From Deltaproteobacteria bacterium (GTDB lineage Bacteria > Myxococcota_A > UBA9160 > SMWR01): a DNA stretch of 61,812 bases. Below are positions 17,427 to 26,668 of the stretch, one piece after another. The translations under genes were made by a program, and so were the position numbers. Under the pieces are notes generated by a model. That model saw only the letters and a program-made list of their open reading frames with translations. It had not been told where the DNA came from and made no database searches. Position 1 is the stretch's first letter. Every line of letters starts with the position of its first letter. The stretch is from the NCBI GenBank assembly GCA_032128115.1, contig JAQBHB010000053.1, positions 1 through 61,812 of the forward strand. The letters run 5' to 3'.

Positions 17427-19141
17427 CAGGTGCTCCCCTCGGGCTTCTCGAGTCGGTGCCTGGGCTTCTCCACCAGCATCTCGCTCAGGGCGGCACCGGC
17501 GGGAATCATGGGAAAGACGTTGTCTTCCTTCACCACCTCGGCCACCACGATGCACGGACCCTCGTTGTACGCCTGGGCCTCCTTCAGGATGCGATCCACG
17601 TCGCCGGGGCGGCGGATGCGCAGGCCCTTGCTGCCGTAGGCCTGGGCCAGCTTCACGAAGTCGGGATTGCCCTCCAGGTCGGACCCCGAGAGCCGATTCT
17701 CGTAGAACATCTCCTGCCACTGGCGGATCATGCCCAGGTAGTTGTTGTTGATGATCAGGCACTTCACCGGGAGCTTGTTCAGCTGGGCGGTCGCCAGCTC
17801 GGCCTGGGTCATCTGGAAACCGCCGTCGCCCACCACGGCCCACACTTTCTTGCCCGGGTTCGCGAACTGGGCGCCGATGGCTGCCGGGAAGCCGAAGCCC
17901 ATGGTTCCCGCTCCACCGCTGGTGATCCAGTGGCGGTTCGAGCGCACCCGGCAGAACTGGGCCGCCCACATCTGGTGCTGACCCACGTCGGTGGTGATGA
18001 TCGCTTCGCCGGCAGTGATTGCGTCCAGCCGGTCGAGCACGTGCTGGGCACGCAGCCCCCCCTGCTTGGGATACTTGAGGGGGTACTGCTTGCGCCAGCG
18101 CTCGCATTGCCGCAGCCAGTCGGCGCTGTCGGCCATCTCGACCTGGGGGATCAGATCCTCGATCACCAGCCGGGCGTCTCCCAGGATGCTCACGTCCGGG
18201 ACGATGATCTTGCGGAACTCGGCCGGGTCGATGTCCACATGGATCTTGAAGGCCTCGGTGCAGAAGTCGGAGAGGCGACCGGTGATGCGATCGTCCCAGC
18301 GGGCACCGATGGCCATGATGAGATCGCAGTCCACCACGGCCTTGTTGGCATACGCCGTGCCGTGCATGCCCATCATGCCCAGGTGGAGCGGATGGGTTTC
18401 GTCCACGGCGCCCTTGCCCAACAAGGTGGTGACCACGGGCGCACGCAGCTTCTCGGCCAGGGTGGTGATCGCCTTGCCGGCTTCGGAGATCACGGCGCCG
18501 TGTCCCACGTACAACAGGGGGCGCCGCGACTCGCCGAGTGCCCGGGCGGCCTCGGCAATGCACCCGGGGTCGCCCCGGCTGGGAACCTGGTAGCCGGGCA
18601 GGTCGAGTTCGTCGGTGAAGGGGGCGTCGCACGGCCCCTGACCCACGTCCTTGGGCACGTCGATCAGAACCGGCCCGGGCCGGCCGCTGGTGGCCAGGTA
18701 GAAGGCCTCGCGCACGACGCGCGGGATGTCGCGCGCGTTCTTCACCAGGTAGGAGTGCTTCACCACCGGGTAGGTGATTCCCGTGACGTCGGCCTCCTGG
18801 AAGGCGTCCTTGCCTAGGCCCGCGGTGGGCGTCTGGCCCGTGATCACCACCAACGGCGCCGAGTCCATCAGCGCCGTCAGCAGTCCCGTGACGGTATTGG
18901 TGGCACCGGGGCCGGAGGTCACGAGCACCACACCGGGCCGGCCCGTAGAGCGGGCGTAGCCGTCGGCCATGTGGGTGGCGCCCTGCTCGTGGCGCACGAG
19001 GATCAGCTTGATCTTCGAGTCCAAGAGGGCGTCGAAGATCGGCATGGCGGCCCCCCCCGAGAGGCCGAAGATGTATTCCACCCCCTCCCGCTCCAGGCAT
19101 TGGATCAGTTTTTCCCCTCCAGTCGTCTGTTTCGTCTCCAC
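17426..19141 (-). CDS. ilvB: acetolactate synthase large subunit, biosynthetic type
   Basis: RHEQGATHMADGYAR, TSGPGATN, DVGQHQMW, GDGGFQM...NN TPP motif. Confidence 0.97.
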   Translation of the reverse strand: METKQTTGGEKLIQCLEREGVEYIFGLSGGAAMPIFDALLDSKIKLILVRHEQGATHMADGYARSTGRPGVVLVTSGPGATNTVTGLLTALMDSAPLVVITGQTPTAGLGKDAFQEADVTGITYPVVKHSYLVKNARDIPRVVREAFYLATSGRPGPVLIDVPKDVGQGPCDAPFTDELDLPGYQVPSRGDPGCIAEAARALGESRRPLLYVGHGAVISEAGKAITTLAEKLRAPVVTTLLGKGAVDETHPLHLGMMGMHGTAYANKAVVDCDLIMAIGARWDDRITGRLSDFCTEAFKIHVDIDPAEFRKIIVPDVSILGDARLVIEDLIPQVEMADSADWLRQCERWRKQYPLKYPKQGGLRAQHVLDRLDAITAGEAIITTDVGQHQMWAAQFCRVRSNRHWITSGGAGTMGFGFPAAIGAQFANPGKKVWAVVGDGGFQMTQAELATAQLNKLPVKCLIINNNYLGMIRQWQEMFYENRLSGSDLEGNPDFVKLAQAYGSKGLRIRRPGDVDRILKEAQAYNEGPCIVVAEVVKEDNVFPMIPAGAALSEMLVEKPRHRLEKPEGST

Positions 19142-19191
19142 GATCTCCTCGAAATCTTCTTCTATCGCAATGAAAGCAGGTAAGGTGCGCC

Positions 19192-19221
19192 ATTGTAGCC
19201 GCAGATGGCCTATCTATTCAA
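19192..19221 (-). promoter_or_regulatory. putative sigma-70 promoter of ilvBN
   Basis: Minus strand TTGAAT-N18-TACAAT about 50 nt upstream of the ilvB start, inside an AT-rich spacer. Confidence 0.55.
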
Positions 19222-19402
19222 GAACGATCATCAAGTTCGACGGGCCGATCTTGTTCGATCCACAATCTCCAGATAAATCGTCATAATTCATAAGAATAGA
19301 TCGGTCGATCTCTAGATGAAGATCTAGAAACGACGAAGAAATTCCACATATCGGCATATTCCCCAGGGGGGAATCGATAAAATTATTAAATACGAGGCGA
19401 TT

Positions 19403-21382
19403 TCAGGGAAGAGTGAAAGCTACCACGGCATCGCCCGGCTCGGACCAGCCGTGGCCGCCCGCGGCGATCACCACGAACTGGCGGCCGTCCGGGCGGAGGC
19501 GGTACGTGAGAGGCGTGGCATTGGCCGTGTAGGGCAGGCGAGCCGACCAGATTTCGTCGCCGTTCCGGGCGTCGAAGGCGCGCAGGAATTTGTCGGTGGT
19601 GGCCCCGATGAAGACAAGCCCGCTTGCCGTGACAATCGACCCGCCCAGGTTCGGGGAGCCCAGGGGGAGCCACAGGGGGAATGGTGCCTGGTCGCGAGTC
19701 GATCCCAGGGTCGACTCCCACAGCACCTGGCCGCTGGCCAGGTCCACCGCCGTGAGCGTGCCCCACGGCGGGGGGTTGCAGGGGGCGCCCAGGGGCGAGA
19801 GCAGGGGACCGCGCCGGAGGGCATAGGGAGCGCCCTCTCCCGGGTAGAGCTCCTCCGGGTAGCTGGCTTCCTTCGAGGGCAGGGCGGCGTAGGTTTCGCG
19901 CGGCAGCATCGTCACCAGCATGGGCATCCGCGACTGATTCACGAACAGGACGCCCCGCTCGGGGTCCAGCGAGGCGCTGCCCCAGTTGGCGCCGCCCGCA
20001 CTGCCCGGGTATAGGATCGAGCCCTCGAGGCTCGGCGGGGTGAAGATCCCATCCGAGCGATGGCGGGCGATCGTCTCGGCGCACTTCGCGCGGTCCCAGG
20101 GTGTGAAGCCCCAGGCGTCTTCGGGCGTGAGTGTGGCCGGGTGCAGGGGCCCGGGGTGGGTCGGGAAGGGCTGGGTCGGCGACAGCCTTTCGCCCGCGAC
20201 GGCGCCCGTTGGCACGGGGCGCTCCTGCACGGGATACAGGGGCTCCCCGGTCTCGCGGTGGAGCAGGAACAGGTGCCCCATCTTCGTCGGCTGGGCCACG
20301 GCCGGCGCGCCCCCTCCGACTCCGGGGATCTGGAACAGGGTCGCCTGGGAGCCCACGTCGTAGTCCCACACGTCCCGGTGAACGGTCTGGAAGAACCAGT
20401 GCACGCGACCCGTTTCGGCGTCGAGCACCACCACCGAGCTGGCGTAGTGGTCGAGGCCCTGTCGCACCGCGCTGAAGTAGTCGGGCGGCGCATTTCCCGT
20501 GGGCACGAACACGAGTCCGCGCTCTTCGTCGCCGGAAAGGATCGACCACACGTTGGGCGTTCCGGGTGTGTAGGTGCCCTCGGGCGGGGCCGGCCAGCCC
20601 GGCGGCACGGGATCCCAGGCCCACGCGAGTTTTCCCGTGCGCGCGTCGAAGGCGCGCACCACGCCGGCGGGGGCATCCACGCGCAGGTTGTCCGAGACGA
20701 GCGCTCCCACCACCACCCGGTTGCGGACCACGATCGGGGGCGATGTGACGTAGTACTCCCAGGCGGGCGCGTCCTCGATGCCCTGGCGGAGGTCGACGCG
20801 GCCCCCGCGTCCAAAGTCGCGGCAGGGCTCGCCCGTATCCGCATCCACGGCCACCAGCTCCGAGTCGATGGTGGCGAGGAATACCCGGCGGCGGCATTCC
20901 ACCGAGGTTCCCGGGTTCGGGTCCTGCCACCAGGCGACACCGCGGCACGTGCGCGGGTACGGCCCGCGGAGCTTCCGAAGGCGCGTCTGGGGATCGAAGC
21001 TCCAGCGTTGTTCACCGGTCTCCGGATCCAATGCGAGGATGCGGTGGTATCCGGTGCACAGGAAGAGCGAGCCACCGGCCACGATCGGCGTGGCGTTGAA
21101 GCTGGTGCGGGTGTTGCCGTCCGAGCCGTCGGACATGTCGCCGTGGCGGTGAATCCAGGCGACCTCCAGATCGCCCACATTGTCCGGGGTGATCTGGGTG
21201 AGGGGCGAGTAGCGCTGGCCGCCCAGGTCGCCGCCGTATTCGGGCCAGTCCGCGGTGGGACCGGAGTCGTCCAGCGGGGCGGGTGCGCCGCACGCGAGGG
21301 CGCCAAGCAGCGGGAACGCGAGGCCGCCAACCAGCAGGAACGCGAGGCCGCGAGGCGCCCGCGGCCGGACGGGGCGCGTCAT
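19403..21382 (-). CDS. PQQ-dependent dehydrogenase (glucose/quinate family), probable lipoprotein
   Basis: DWPEYGG...QRYSPLTQITPDNV, TCRGVA, HRDVWDYD, GGANWG, CNPPPWG; GALAC lipobox. Confidence 0.93.
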   Translation of the reverse strand: MTRPVRPRAPRGLAFLLVGGLAFPLLGALACGAPAPLDDSGPTADWPEYGGDLGGQRYSPLTQITPDNVGDLEVAWIHRHGDMSDGSDGNTRTSFNATPIVAGGSLFLCTGYHRILALDPETGEQRWSFDPQTRLRKLRGPYPRTCRGVAWWQDPNPGTSVECRRRVFLATIDSELVAVDADTGEPCRDFGRGGRVDLRQGIEDAPAWEYYVTSPPIVVRNRVVVGALVSDNLRVDAPAGVVRAFDARTGKLAWAWDPVPPGWPAPPEGTYTPGTPNVWSILSGDEERGLVFVPTGNAPPDYFSAVRQGLDHYASSVVVLDAETGRVHWFFQTVHRDVWDYDVGSQATLFQIPGVGGGAPAVAQPTKMGHLFLLHRETGEPLYPVQERPVPTGAVAGERLSPTQPFPTHPGPLHPATLTPEDAWGFTPWDRAKCAETIARHRSDGIFTPPSLEGSILYPGSAGGANWGSASLDPERGVLFVNQSRMPMLVTMLPRETYAALPSKEASYPEELYPGEGAPYALRRGPLLSPLGAPCNPPPWGTLTAVDLASGQVLWESTLGSTRDQAPFPLWLPLGSPNLGGSIVTASGLVFIGATTDKFLRAFDARNGDEIWSARLPYTANATPLTYRLRPDGRQFVVIAAGGHGWSEPGDAVVAFTLP

Positions 21383-21732
21383 GTCAGGATCTCGACCACC
21401 TTCTCCGAGGGCCGCGCCAACAGAGCCCGTTCGCCCCGCAGCACCAGCGGGCGCTGCATCAGTTCCGGGTGCGCCAGCAGCACGTCGATCACCGCGTCGC
21501 GGCTCTCGTAGTCGCTCGCGTCGAGCCCCAGCTGCTTGAATCGCTCGTCCTTGCGCACCAGTTCGGCCGGCGCGTCGGCCAGCCGGTCGAGAATGCGCCC
21601 GAGCGTGGCCCTGTCCGGGGGATCCTTCAGGTACTCCACGACCTCGAATTCCACGCCGCGCTCGCGCAGGAGTTCCAGGGCTCCCCGTGACTTCGAGCAG
21701 CCCGGGTTGTGATAGACGAGCAGGCGATCCAT
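21379..21732 (-). CDS. arsC: arsenate reductase (ArsC/glutaredoxin family)
   Basis: YHNPGCSKSR, LMQRP, ARP; ATG at 21732. Confidence 0.88.
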   Translation of the reverse strand: MDRLLVYHNPGCSKSRGALELLRERGVEFEVVEYLKDPPDRATLGRILDRLADAPAELVRKDERFKQLGLDASDYESRDAVIDVLLAHPELMQRPLVLRGERALLARPSEKVVEILT

Positions 21733-21752
21733 GTCCGGGAGTCCTTCTCGGG

Positions 21753-22781
21753 TCAGACGTTGAATCGGAAGTTGACCACGTCGCCGTCCGCCACGACGTA
21801 CTCCTTGCCCTCGACCCTCAACTTCGCCGCTTCGCGGCAGCGGGCCTCGCTCCCCAGCTCCACCAGGTCGTCCCAGGCCGTGACTTCGGCGCGGATGAAG
21901 CCGCGTTCGATGTCCGAGTGGATCTTTCCCGCTGCCCGCCGCGCCGGTGTGCCGCGGGCCACGGGCCAGGCGCGGCACTCGTCGGCGCCGGCCGTGAGCA
22001 TGGAGATCAGGTCGGTGGTGGCGTAGGCGGCGCGGATGAAGCGGTTGCGCGCCGGCTCTTCCAACCCCAGGGACTCCAGGAACTCGCGCTGTTCGTCCGC
22101 GGCCATCTGCGCGATGTCGGCCTCCACCTGGGCCGACAGCACCACCAGCCCGAGGCCGCGCTCGCGGGCGGCGGCTTGCACGTCGGCTGGCGCCGGGTCC
22201 GAGGCCGCAGCCTCCGCCACGTTCAGGACCAGCAGCAGCGGCTTCAGGGTGAGGAAGGCATAGCCCGCCAGCATGCGGCGCTCCTCTTCCGAGAGCGACA
22301 GCGTGCGCAGGGCCTGTTCTCCTTCCAGGGCGTCGCGCACGCGCTCCTGGAGTGCCAGCTCGCCCGGGTTGCTGCGGTCCTTCTGGAGGCGGGCGATGCG
22401 GTTCTCCACCACCTCCAGGTCGGCGAGGATCGTCTCGGTTTCCAGGCCGGAGATCTCGCCAACGGCATCCGCGGCGTCACCCGCCGGATCCGGGAAGGCG
22501 CGGACCACCTGGCACAACGCGTCCACCTCGCGCATGGCGTTCAGCGCCCCGCGGTCGAGGGTCGCGCCGTGGCCCGCCCCCAGGTCGGTGAAGGCGATCT
22601 CCGCGTAGGTGAGCTTCTTGGGTGAGAAGACCCGGGCCAGCGCGTCCAGACGCGGGTCTGGAACCTTGACCACACCCAACTGGGCCTTGCCGCTGTGGCC
22701 GGCGTCCACCGACAACCCGGTGAGGGCACCGAAGACGGTGCTCTTGCCGGAACCCGGCATTCCCACGAGACCGATCTTCAC
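21753..22781 (-). CDS. ychF: YchF-family ATPase (divergent copy)
   Basis: [55 protein letters not shown]. Confidence 0.85.
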   Translation of the reverse strand: MKIGLVGMPGSGKSTVFGALTGLSVDAGHSGKAQLGVVKVPDPRLDALARVFSPKKLTYAEIAFTDLGAGHGATLDRGALNAMREVDALCQVVRAFPDPAGDAADAVGEISGLETETILADLEVVENRIARLQKDRSNPGELALQERVRDALEGEQALRTLSLSEEERRMLAGYAFLTLKPLLLVLNVAEAAASDPAPADVQAAARERGLGLVVLSAQVEADIAQMAADEQREFLESLGLEEPARNRFIRAAYATTDLISMLTAGADECRAWPVARGTPARRAAGKIHSDIERGFIRAEVTAWDDLVELGSEARCREAAKLRVEGKEYVVADGDVVNFRFNV

Positions 22782-22791
22782 GACGGCTCCG

Positions 22792-23655
22792 CTACCCGGC
22801 GAACCAGGGAATCACCAGCGGCGTGCGCTGCGCGTGGGAGGCGAACTGCGGCCGGCGTTCGATCATGCGCTTCTCGATCATGGGAAGGCTGATGAATCGG
22901 AACATCAATGTGATGGCTAGCGGCCCGACGATCGTCCACCACCAGGACGGATCGGCCGCCAGGCCGAACAGGTAGAGACCCCACCAGAAGCCCATCTCTC
23001 CAAAGTAGTTGGGGTGCCGTGAAAACTTCCAGAGACCCACGTTCAGGATCGAACCCGGTGCCGGCTTCGCAGCGACGAAGCGGTGCAGCTGCTTGTCGGA
23101 CGCGGCTTCGATCCAGATGGCCCCCGCAGTCACCGTGAGGGCCAACGCGTCCAGCACCCCGGCCGCTGCCCCGCCCGTAACCAGCGCGGGGACCAGGGAT
23201 AGGCAGCCCAGGAACACAATTCCCGTTGGCATCAGGTGCAGCCCCACGAGGCTCACCAGCCAGTAGGCGCGCCCGGTGCTGCCGCGCAGGTTTACGTAGC
23301 GCCAATCTTCGTGGCCGAGCCCCTTCCAGCCCCGGGCCCAGTTGAAGCTGAGTCGCATCCCCCAGAGAGAGACCAGGGTCACCACCACCAGCTGGCGTCC
23401 CAGGTCGGCGCCCGCGGCCTCGGGGGTGAGGACCCAGTAGATGGCGATGGCAATCGGAGCCACGCTCCAGTACGCGTCGTAGAAGCTCGAATTGTCGTGC
23501 ATCCGACTGAAGCCGAAGATCACGAAGGTGGCTACCAGGTCGGCCCCCGCGGCGATGGCGATCGGGTCGCTCCACCCGACGCGGAATCCGAACACCACGC
23601 CGGCGGCCAGCGCCGCCGCGTAGGCGACGCCGATGGCCGCAAAGGCCCTTCCCAT
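22792..23655 (-). CDS. DUF1295 / steroid 5-alpha-reductase-like membrane protein
   Basis: [33 protein letters not shown] overlaps the thiolase stop. Confidence 0.9.
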   Translation of the reverse strand: MGRAFAAIGVAYAAALAAGVVFGFRVGWSDPIAIAAGADLVATFVIFGFSRMHDNSSFYDAYWSVAPIAIAIYWVLTPEAAGADLGRQLVVVTLVSLWGMRLSFNWARGWKGLGHEDWRYVNLRGSTGRAYWLVSLVGLHLMPTGIVFLGCLSLVPALVTGGAAAGVLDALALTVTAGAIWIEAASDKQLHRFVAAKPAPGSILNVGLWKFSRHPNYFGEMGFWWGLYLFGLAADPSWWWTIVGPLAITLMFRFISLPMIEKRMIERRPQFASHAQRTPLVIPWFAG

Positions 23656-24956
23656 CAGTCCATGCGCTCGAGGATCGTCGAGATCCCCATGCCCGCTCCG
23701 ATGCACTGGGTCGCCAGGCCGTATCGGGTGTGGCTCCGGCGCAGCTCCATGGCCACGGTCGTGCAAAGGCGCGCGCCGGTGGCGCCCAACGGGTGCCCGA
23801 TGGCTAGCGAGCCGCCGTTCACATTGACCCGATCCAGGGGGATCCCGAGCTCGCGGACCGAGGGGATCACCTGGGCGGAGAAGGCCTCGTTGAACTCGAC
23901 CCGGTCGATCTGGCCGGCCTCGATCCCCGCGTGGGCCAGGGCCTTCTTCGTGGACACGATGGGCCCGATGCCCATGAGCTGGGGCTTCACGCCGCCGACT
24001 CCGATTCCGATCACGCGGGCCAGCGGCTCGAGCTTCAGCTCGCGCGCCATCTCCTCGCTCATGAGCAGAGCGGACGAGACGCCGTCGTTGGTGGGGCACG
24101 AGTTGCCCGCGGTGATCAGCAGCTCCTTGTTGCCGAAGCTGGCCAGTCCCTTGATGGGTTGCAGTGACGAGAGCTTCTCCAGGGTGGTGCCGGGGCGCAG
24201 GCCCTCGTCCCTGTCGAAGCTGACCGTCTCCCCGATCTCCTCCTCCTGCCAGTTGCCCTTGTCGTCGAAGACCGGCTGTTCCACCTGGACCGCGAGCACC
24301 TCGTCCTTGTAGATGCCCGCCTCGTAGGCCGCCTGGGTCTTGGCGTGGCTCTCCACGGCATACGTGTCCAGCTCCACGCGGGTGAGATCGTAGACCTCGG
24401 CCACGTTCTGGGCGGTCTGCAGCATGCTCACGATGGGCGGCGACTCGAGAATGTACCTGGGGAACGGCACCGAAAAGTAATCGTCGTGATCGTGGGCCTG
24501 GCTCTTCTGCACGTCGTTCATTTCGAAGAGCTTCGAGTTGAACTTGTTGACGCGCGTGGGAGGGGCGCCGCCGCCCCCCAGCAGGGCGCGTCCCATGCGC
24601 TCGATGCCCAGGGCGATGCCGCAGCGGTTGATTCCCACCTCGATCGCCATGGCGATGCGGTGCAGCGTCTCCATGCTGGACCCGCACTGACGATTCGAGT
24701 TGAAGCTGCAGGCTTCCAGGGGCAGCCCGGCCAGGCGCTGAACGGTGGCCAGCAGGACGAATTCGCCCTGGGCACTCACGTTGCCCAGGCCCACGTCCTC
24801 GATCATCGTGTCCTTCACCCTGGGATTGCGGTCGAGAAGCGCGCGCAACACCTGGGCGCCCAGTTCGTCGAGGCGCGTGGCCACGAGCATTCCGCGCCCG
24901 CCTCGGGCGAAGGGCGATCGCATTCCATCGACGAGAACGACGTTTCGAAGCGGCAT
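23655..24956 (-). CDS. thiolase (acetyl-CoA C-acyltransferase)
   Basis: NRQCGSS, NEAF, GHPLGATG, QCIGAGMG catalytic motifs. Confidence 0.93.
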   Translation of the reverse strand: MPLRNVVLVDGMRSPFARGGRGMLVATRLDELGAQVLRALLDRNPRVKDTMIEDVGLGNVSAQGEFVLLATVQRLAGLPLEACSFNSNRQCGSSMETLHRIAMAIEVGINRCGIALGIERMGRALLGGGGAPPTRVNKFNSKLFEMNDVQKSQAHDHDDYFSVPFPRYILESPPIVSMLQTAQNVAEVYDLTRVELDTYAVESHAKTQAAYEAGIYKDEVLAVQVEQPVFDDKGNWQEEEIGETVSFDRDEGLRPGTTLEKLSSLQPIKGLASFGNKELLITAGNSCPTNDGVSSALLMSEEMARELKLEPLARVIGIGVGGVKPQLMGIGPIVSTKKALAHAGIEAGQIDRVEFNEAFSAQVIPSVRELGIPLDRVNVNGGSLAIGHPLGATGARLCTTVAMELRRSHTRYGLATQCIGAGMGISTILERMD

Positions 24957-25015
24957 GGGGGGGACCTCCTATGGGACGGTTTTGTACCCCGGATGGCGCC
25001 CCAAGCGCCACCGGG

Positions 25016-25753
25016 TCAGTCCGATCCGGCGCCGTTCGCCCGCACCAGAGGCAGCAACTCGCGCAGATCGGCAATCACGAAGTCGGGACGCGGGCCGGTG
25101 TGGGCCGAAAGGGCCCGCAGGGGCTCGGCCACCCGGCGGGTGATCCAGGCGGTGCGCATGCCCAGGGCGGCGGCACCGCTCACGTCGGCATCCAGGTTGT
25201 CGCCCACGTGGAGGATCTGCTCGGGGGGCAGCCCCAGCTCGTCGAGCACCCGCTCGAAGATCTCGCGGCGGGGCTTGCGAATTCCGACTTCCACCGAGAT
25301 GGCGATCGAATCCAGATGCGGACGCAGGCGGGCCTCGTCCAGCACCCGGTAGGCGGTGGGGGCGTGGCTGAAGTTGGAGCAGAGCGCGAGCGGCAGCTTT
25401 CCGCGCAGCTCTTCCAGCAGCAGGGGGTGGTGATCCACGAGTCCGACGCACGAGTGCAAGACGCCCATGTGCAGCTCGCAGAGGGTCGCGGGCAGGTCGG
25501 GAGAGTCGAGTTCGAGGCGCTCGCAGAGAGTCTCGAAGCGCTCCTGGGTCGAGAACTCACGGCCGTCGCGGTAGCGGGTCTTGCGGAAGTCGCGGTCGAC
25601 GGAGCGCAGGGCCTCGGCGAAGTCGTCGGCCTCGATGGCGCGGATCCCGGAAACGGCAGCGTGCAGCGCCTGCAACGAGGAGTCGATGCCGCTGCCGAAG
25701 TCCAGATCGACCAACGTGTCGAACAGATCGAAACTCACCGCCCGCAGCGCCAT
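25016..25753 (-). CDS. HAD family hydrolase
   Basis: FDLFDTL, CSN, RKPRREIF, HVGDNLDADVSGA. Confidence 0.92.
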   Translation of the reverse strand: MALRAVSFDLFDTLVDLDFGSGIDSSLQALHAAVSGIRAIEADDFAEALRSVDRDFRKTRYRDGREFSTQERFETLCERLELDSPDLPATLCELHMGVLHSCVGLVDHHPLLLEELRGKLPLALCSNFSHAPTAYRVLDEARLRPHLDSIAISVEVGIRKPRREIFERVLDELGLPPEQILHVGDNLDADVSGAAALGMRTAWITRRVAEPLRALSAHTGPRPDFVIADLRELLPLVRANGAGSD

Positions 25754-25801
25754 CGGGCGAGCGTACCAAAGGGGTGCCGGACGGATCGGAGTCGAAAGAG
25801 A

Positions 25802-26650
25802 CTACGGGGCCCCGGGGAACGGGCCTCCTACCACCGGAGGCGCCACCACCACCGCACCCGCACAGCCGGAGCCGGGCATCTGGCAGGGACTGATGCCCTG
25901 GGCGTTGGGGGCCGAGGCCAGGCCCGACCACGCCGGAGCCGGCCCCGCTGCCACGTCGGGCGTCAGGTGCAGGTTGATGTCCCCGATGACCGGTCCCAGT
26001 GGGCACGGGTCCTCACCCGGGGGGCCCAGACGCTCCTCGTGGGCGTCGGCCACGTAGAGCGGCTCGCTGGGCTTGGCGATCACGCATTTGCCGGGATTCG
26101 CCACCGACTTTTCATCGCTGCGCGCTACCGGCAGCGGCGCGTCCCACTCGCACATCACCGCGTAGGGGCCGGTCTTCTCGCTGAAGACGTACGCCTCGGC
26201 GTCGTTGCCCAGCACGTCTGCCCGGGCATCCAGGGCCGCCAGGCGCGCCTGGGCGCCGGCGTCGCGCGGATCGATGGCTCGCACGCCGCCCTTTTCCAGG
26301 GTCATGTCCGCCACGTCGTCGCTGGTGCGTCCCACCCCCAGCCGCGAGTTTTCGGTCAGGTGCGCCACCACGTCGCCCATGAGCAGGTCCACGCGGGCGC
26401 CTTCGCTCGTCACGATCCGCTCGTCCTGGTAGACCCTGTCGCGGCACTGCAGCACGCGCGGCTCCTCACCGGGGCGCACGGCCAGCACCTCTCCCGAGAG
26501 CGCCACGACCACGCCGACGCCGGCGGGATCCATCACGACGATGGGCTCGGCGGAGATCTCGTCGGCATGAACAGAAATGGGCGCGCCTGCAACGGCGAGA
26601 GCGAGCCACAGGGGTGAGAGCATTGACAGAAGTCCTGTGTGGAAGCGCAT
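25802..26650 (-). CDS. exported FecR-like domain protein with Pro/Cys-rich tail
   Basis: Signal peptide; SGEVLAVRPG..RVLQCRDRVYQDERIVTSEGARVDL...LTENSRL pattern. Confidence 0.65.
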   Translation of the reverse strand: MRFHTGLLSMLSPLWLALAVAGAPISVHADEISAEPIVVMDPAGVGVVVALSGEVLAVRPGEEPRVLQCRDRVYQDERIVTSEGARVDLLMGDVVAHLTENSRLGVGRTSDDVADMTLEKGGVRAIDPRDAGAQARLAALDARADVLGNDAEAYVFSEKTGPYAVMCEWDAPLPVARSDEKSVANPGKCVIAKPSEPLYVADAHEERLGPPGEDPCPLGPVIGDINLHLTPDVAAGPAPAWSGLASAPNAQGISPCQMPGSGCAGAVVVAPPVVGGPFPGAP

Positions 26651-26668
26651 CCGGTTCTCCTCAAGAGC

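Noticed and set aside
16890..19193. 767-aa ORF suggesting a giant IlvN
   Set aside because: Only the last 178 codons are IlvN; the rest is an open alternative frame over ilvB. The true ATG overlaps the ilvB stop.
19214..19231. Micro-ORF M-I-V-L-E upstream of ilvB, resembling an attenuator leader peptide
   Set aside because: It overlaps the predicted -35 box, so it lies upstream of the likely TSS; there is no clear RBS and no terminator/antiterminator pair. Worth revisiting only if the TSS maps further upstream.
22792..25074. 760-aa ORF suggesting a long DUF1295 fusion
   Set aside because: The upstream part is an alternative frame over the thiolase gene; the real start is ATG 23655.
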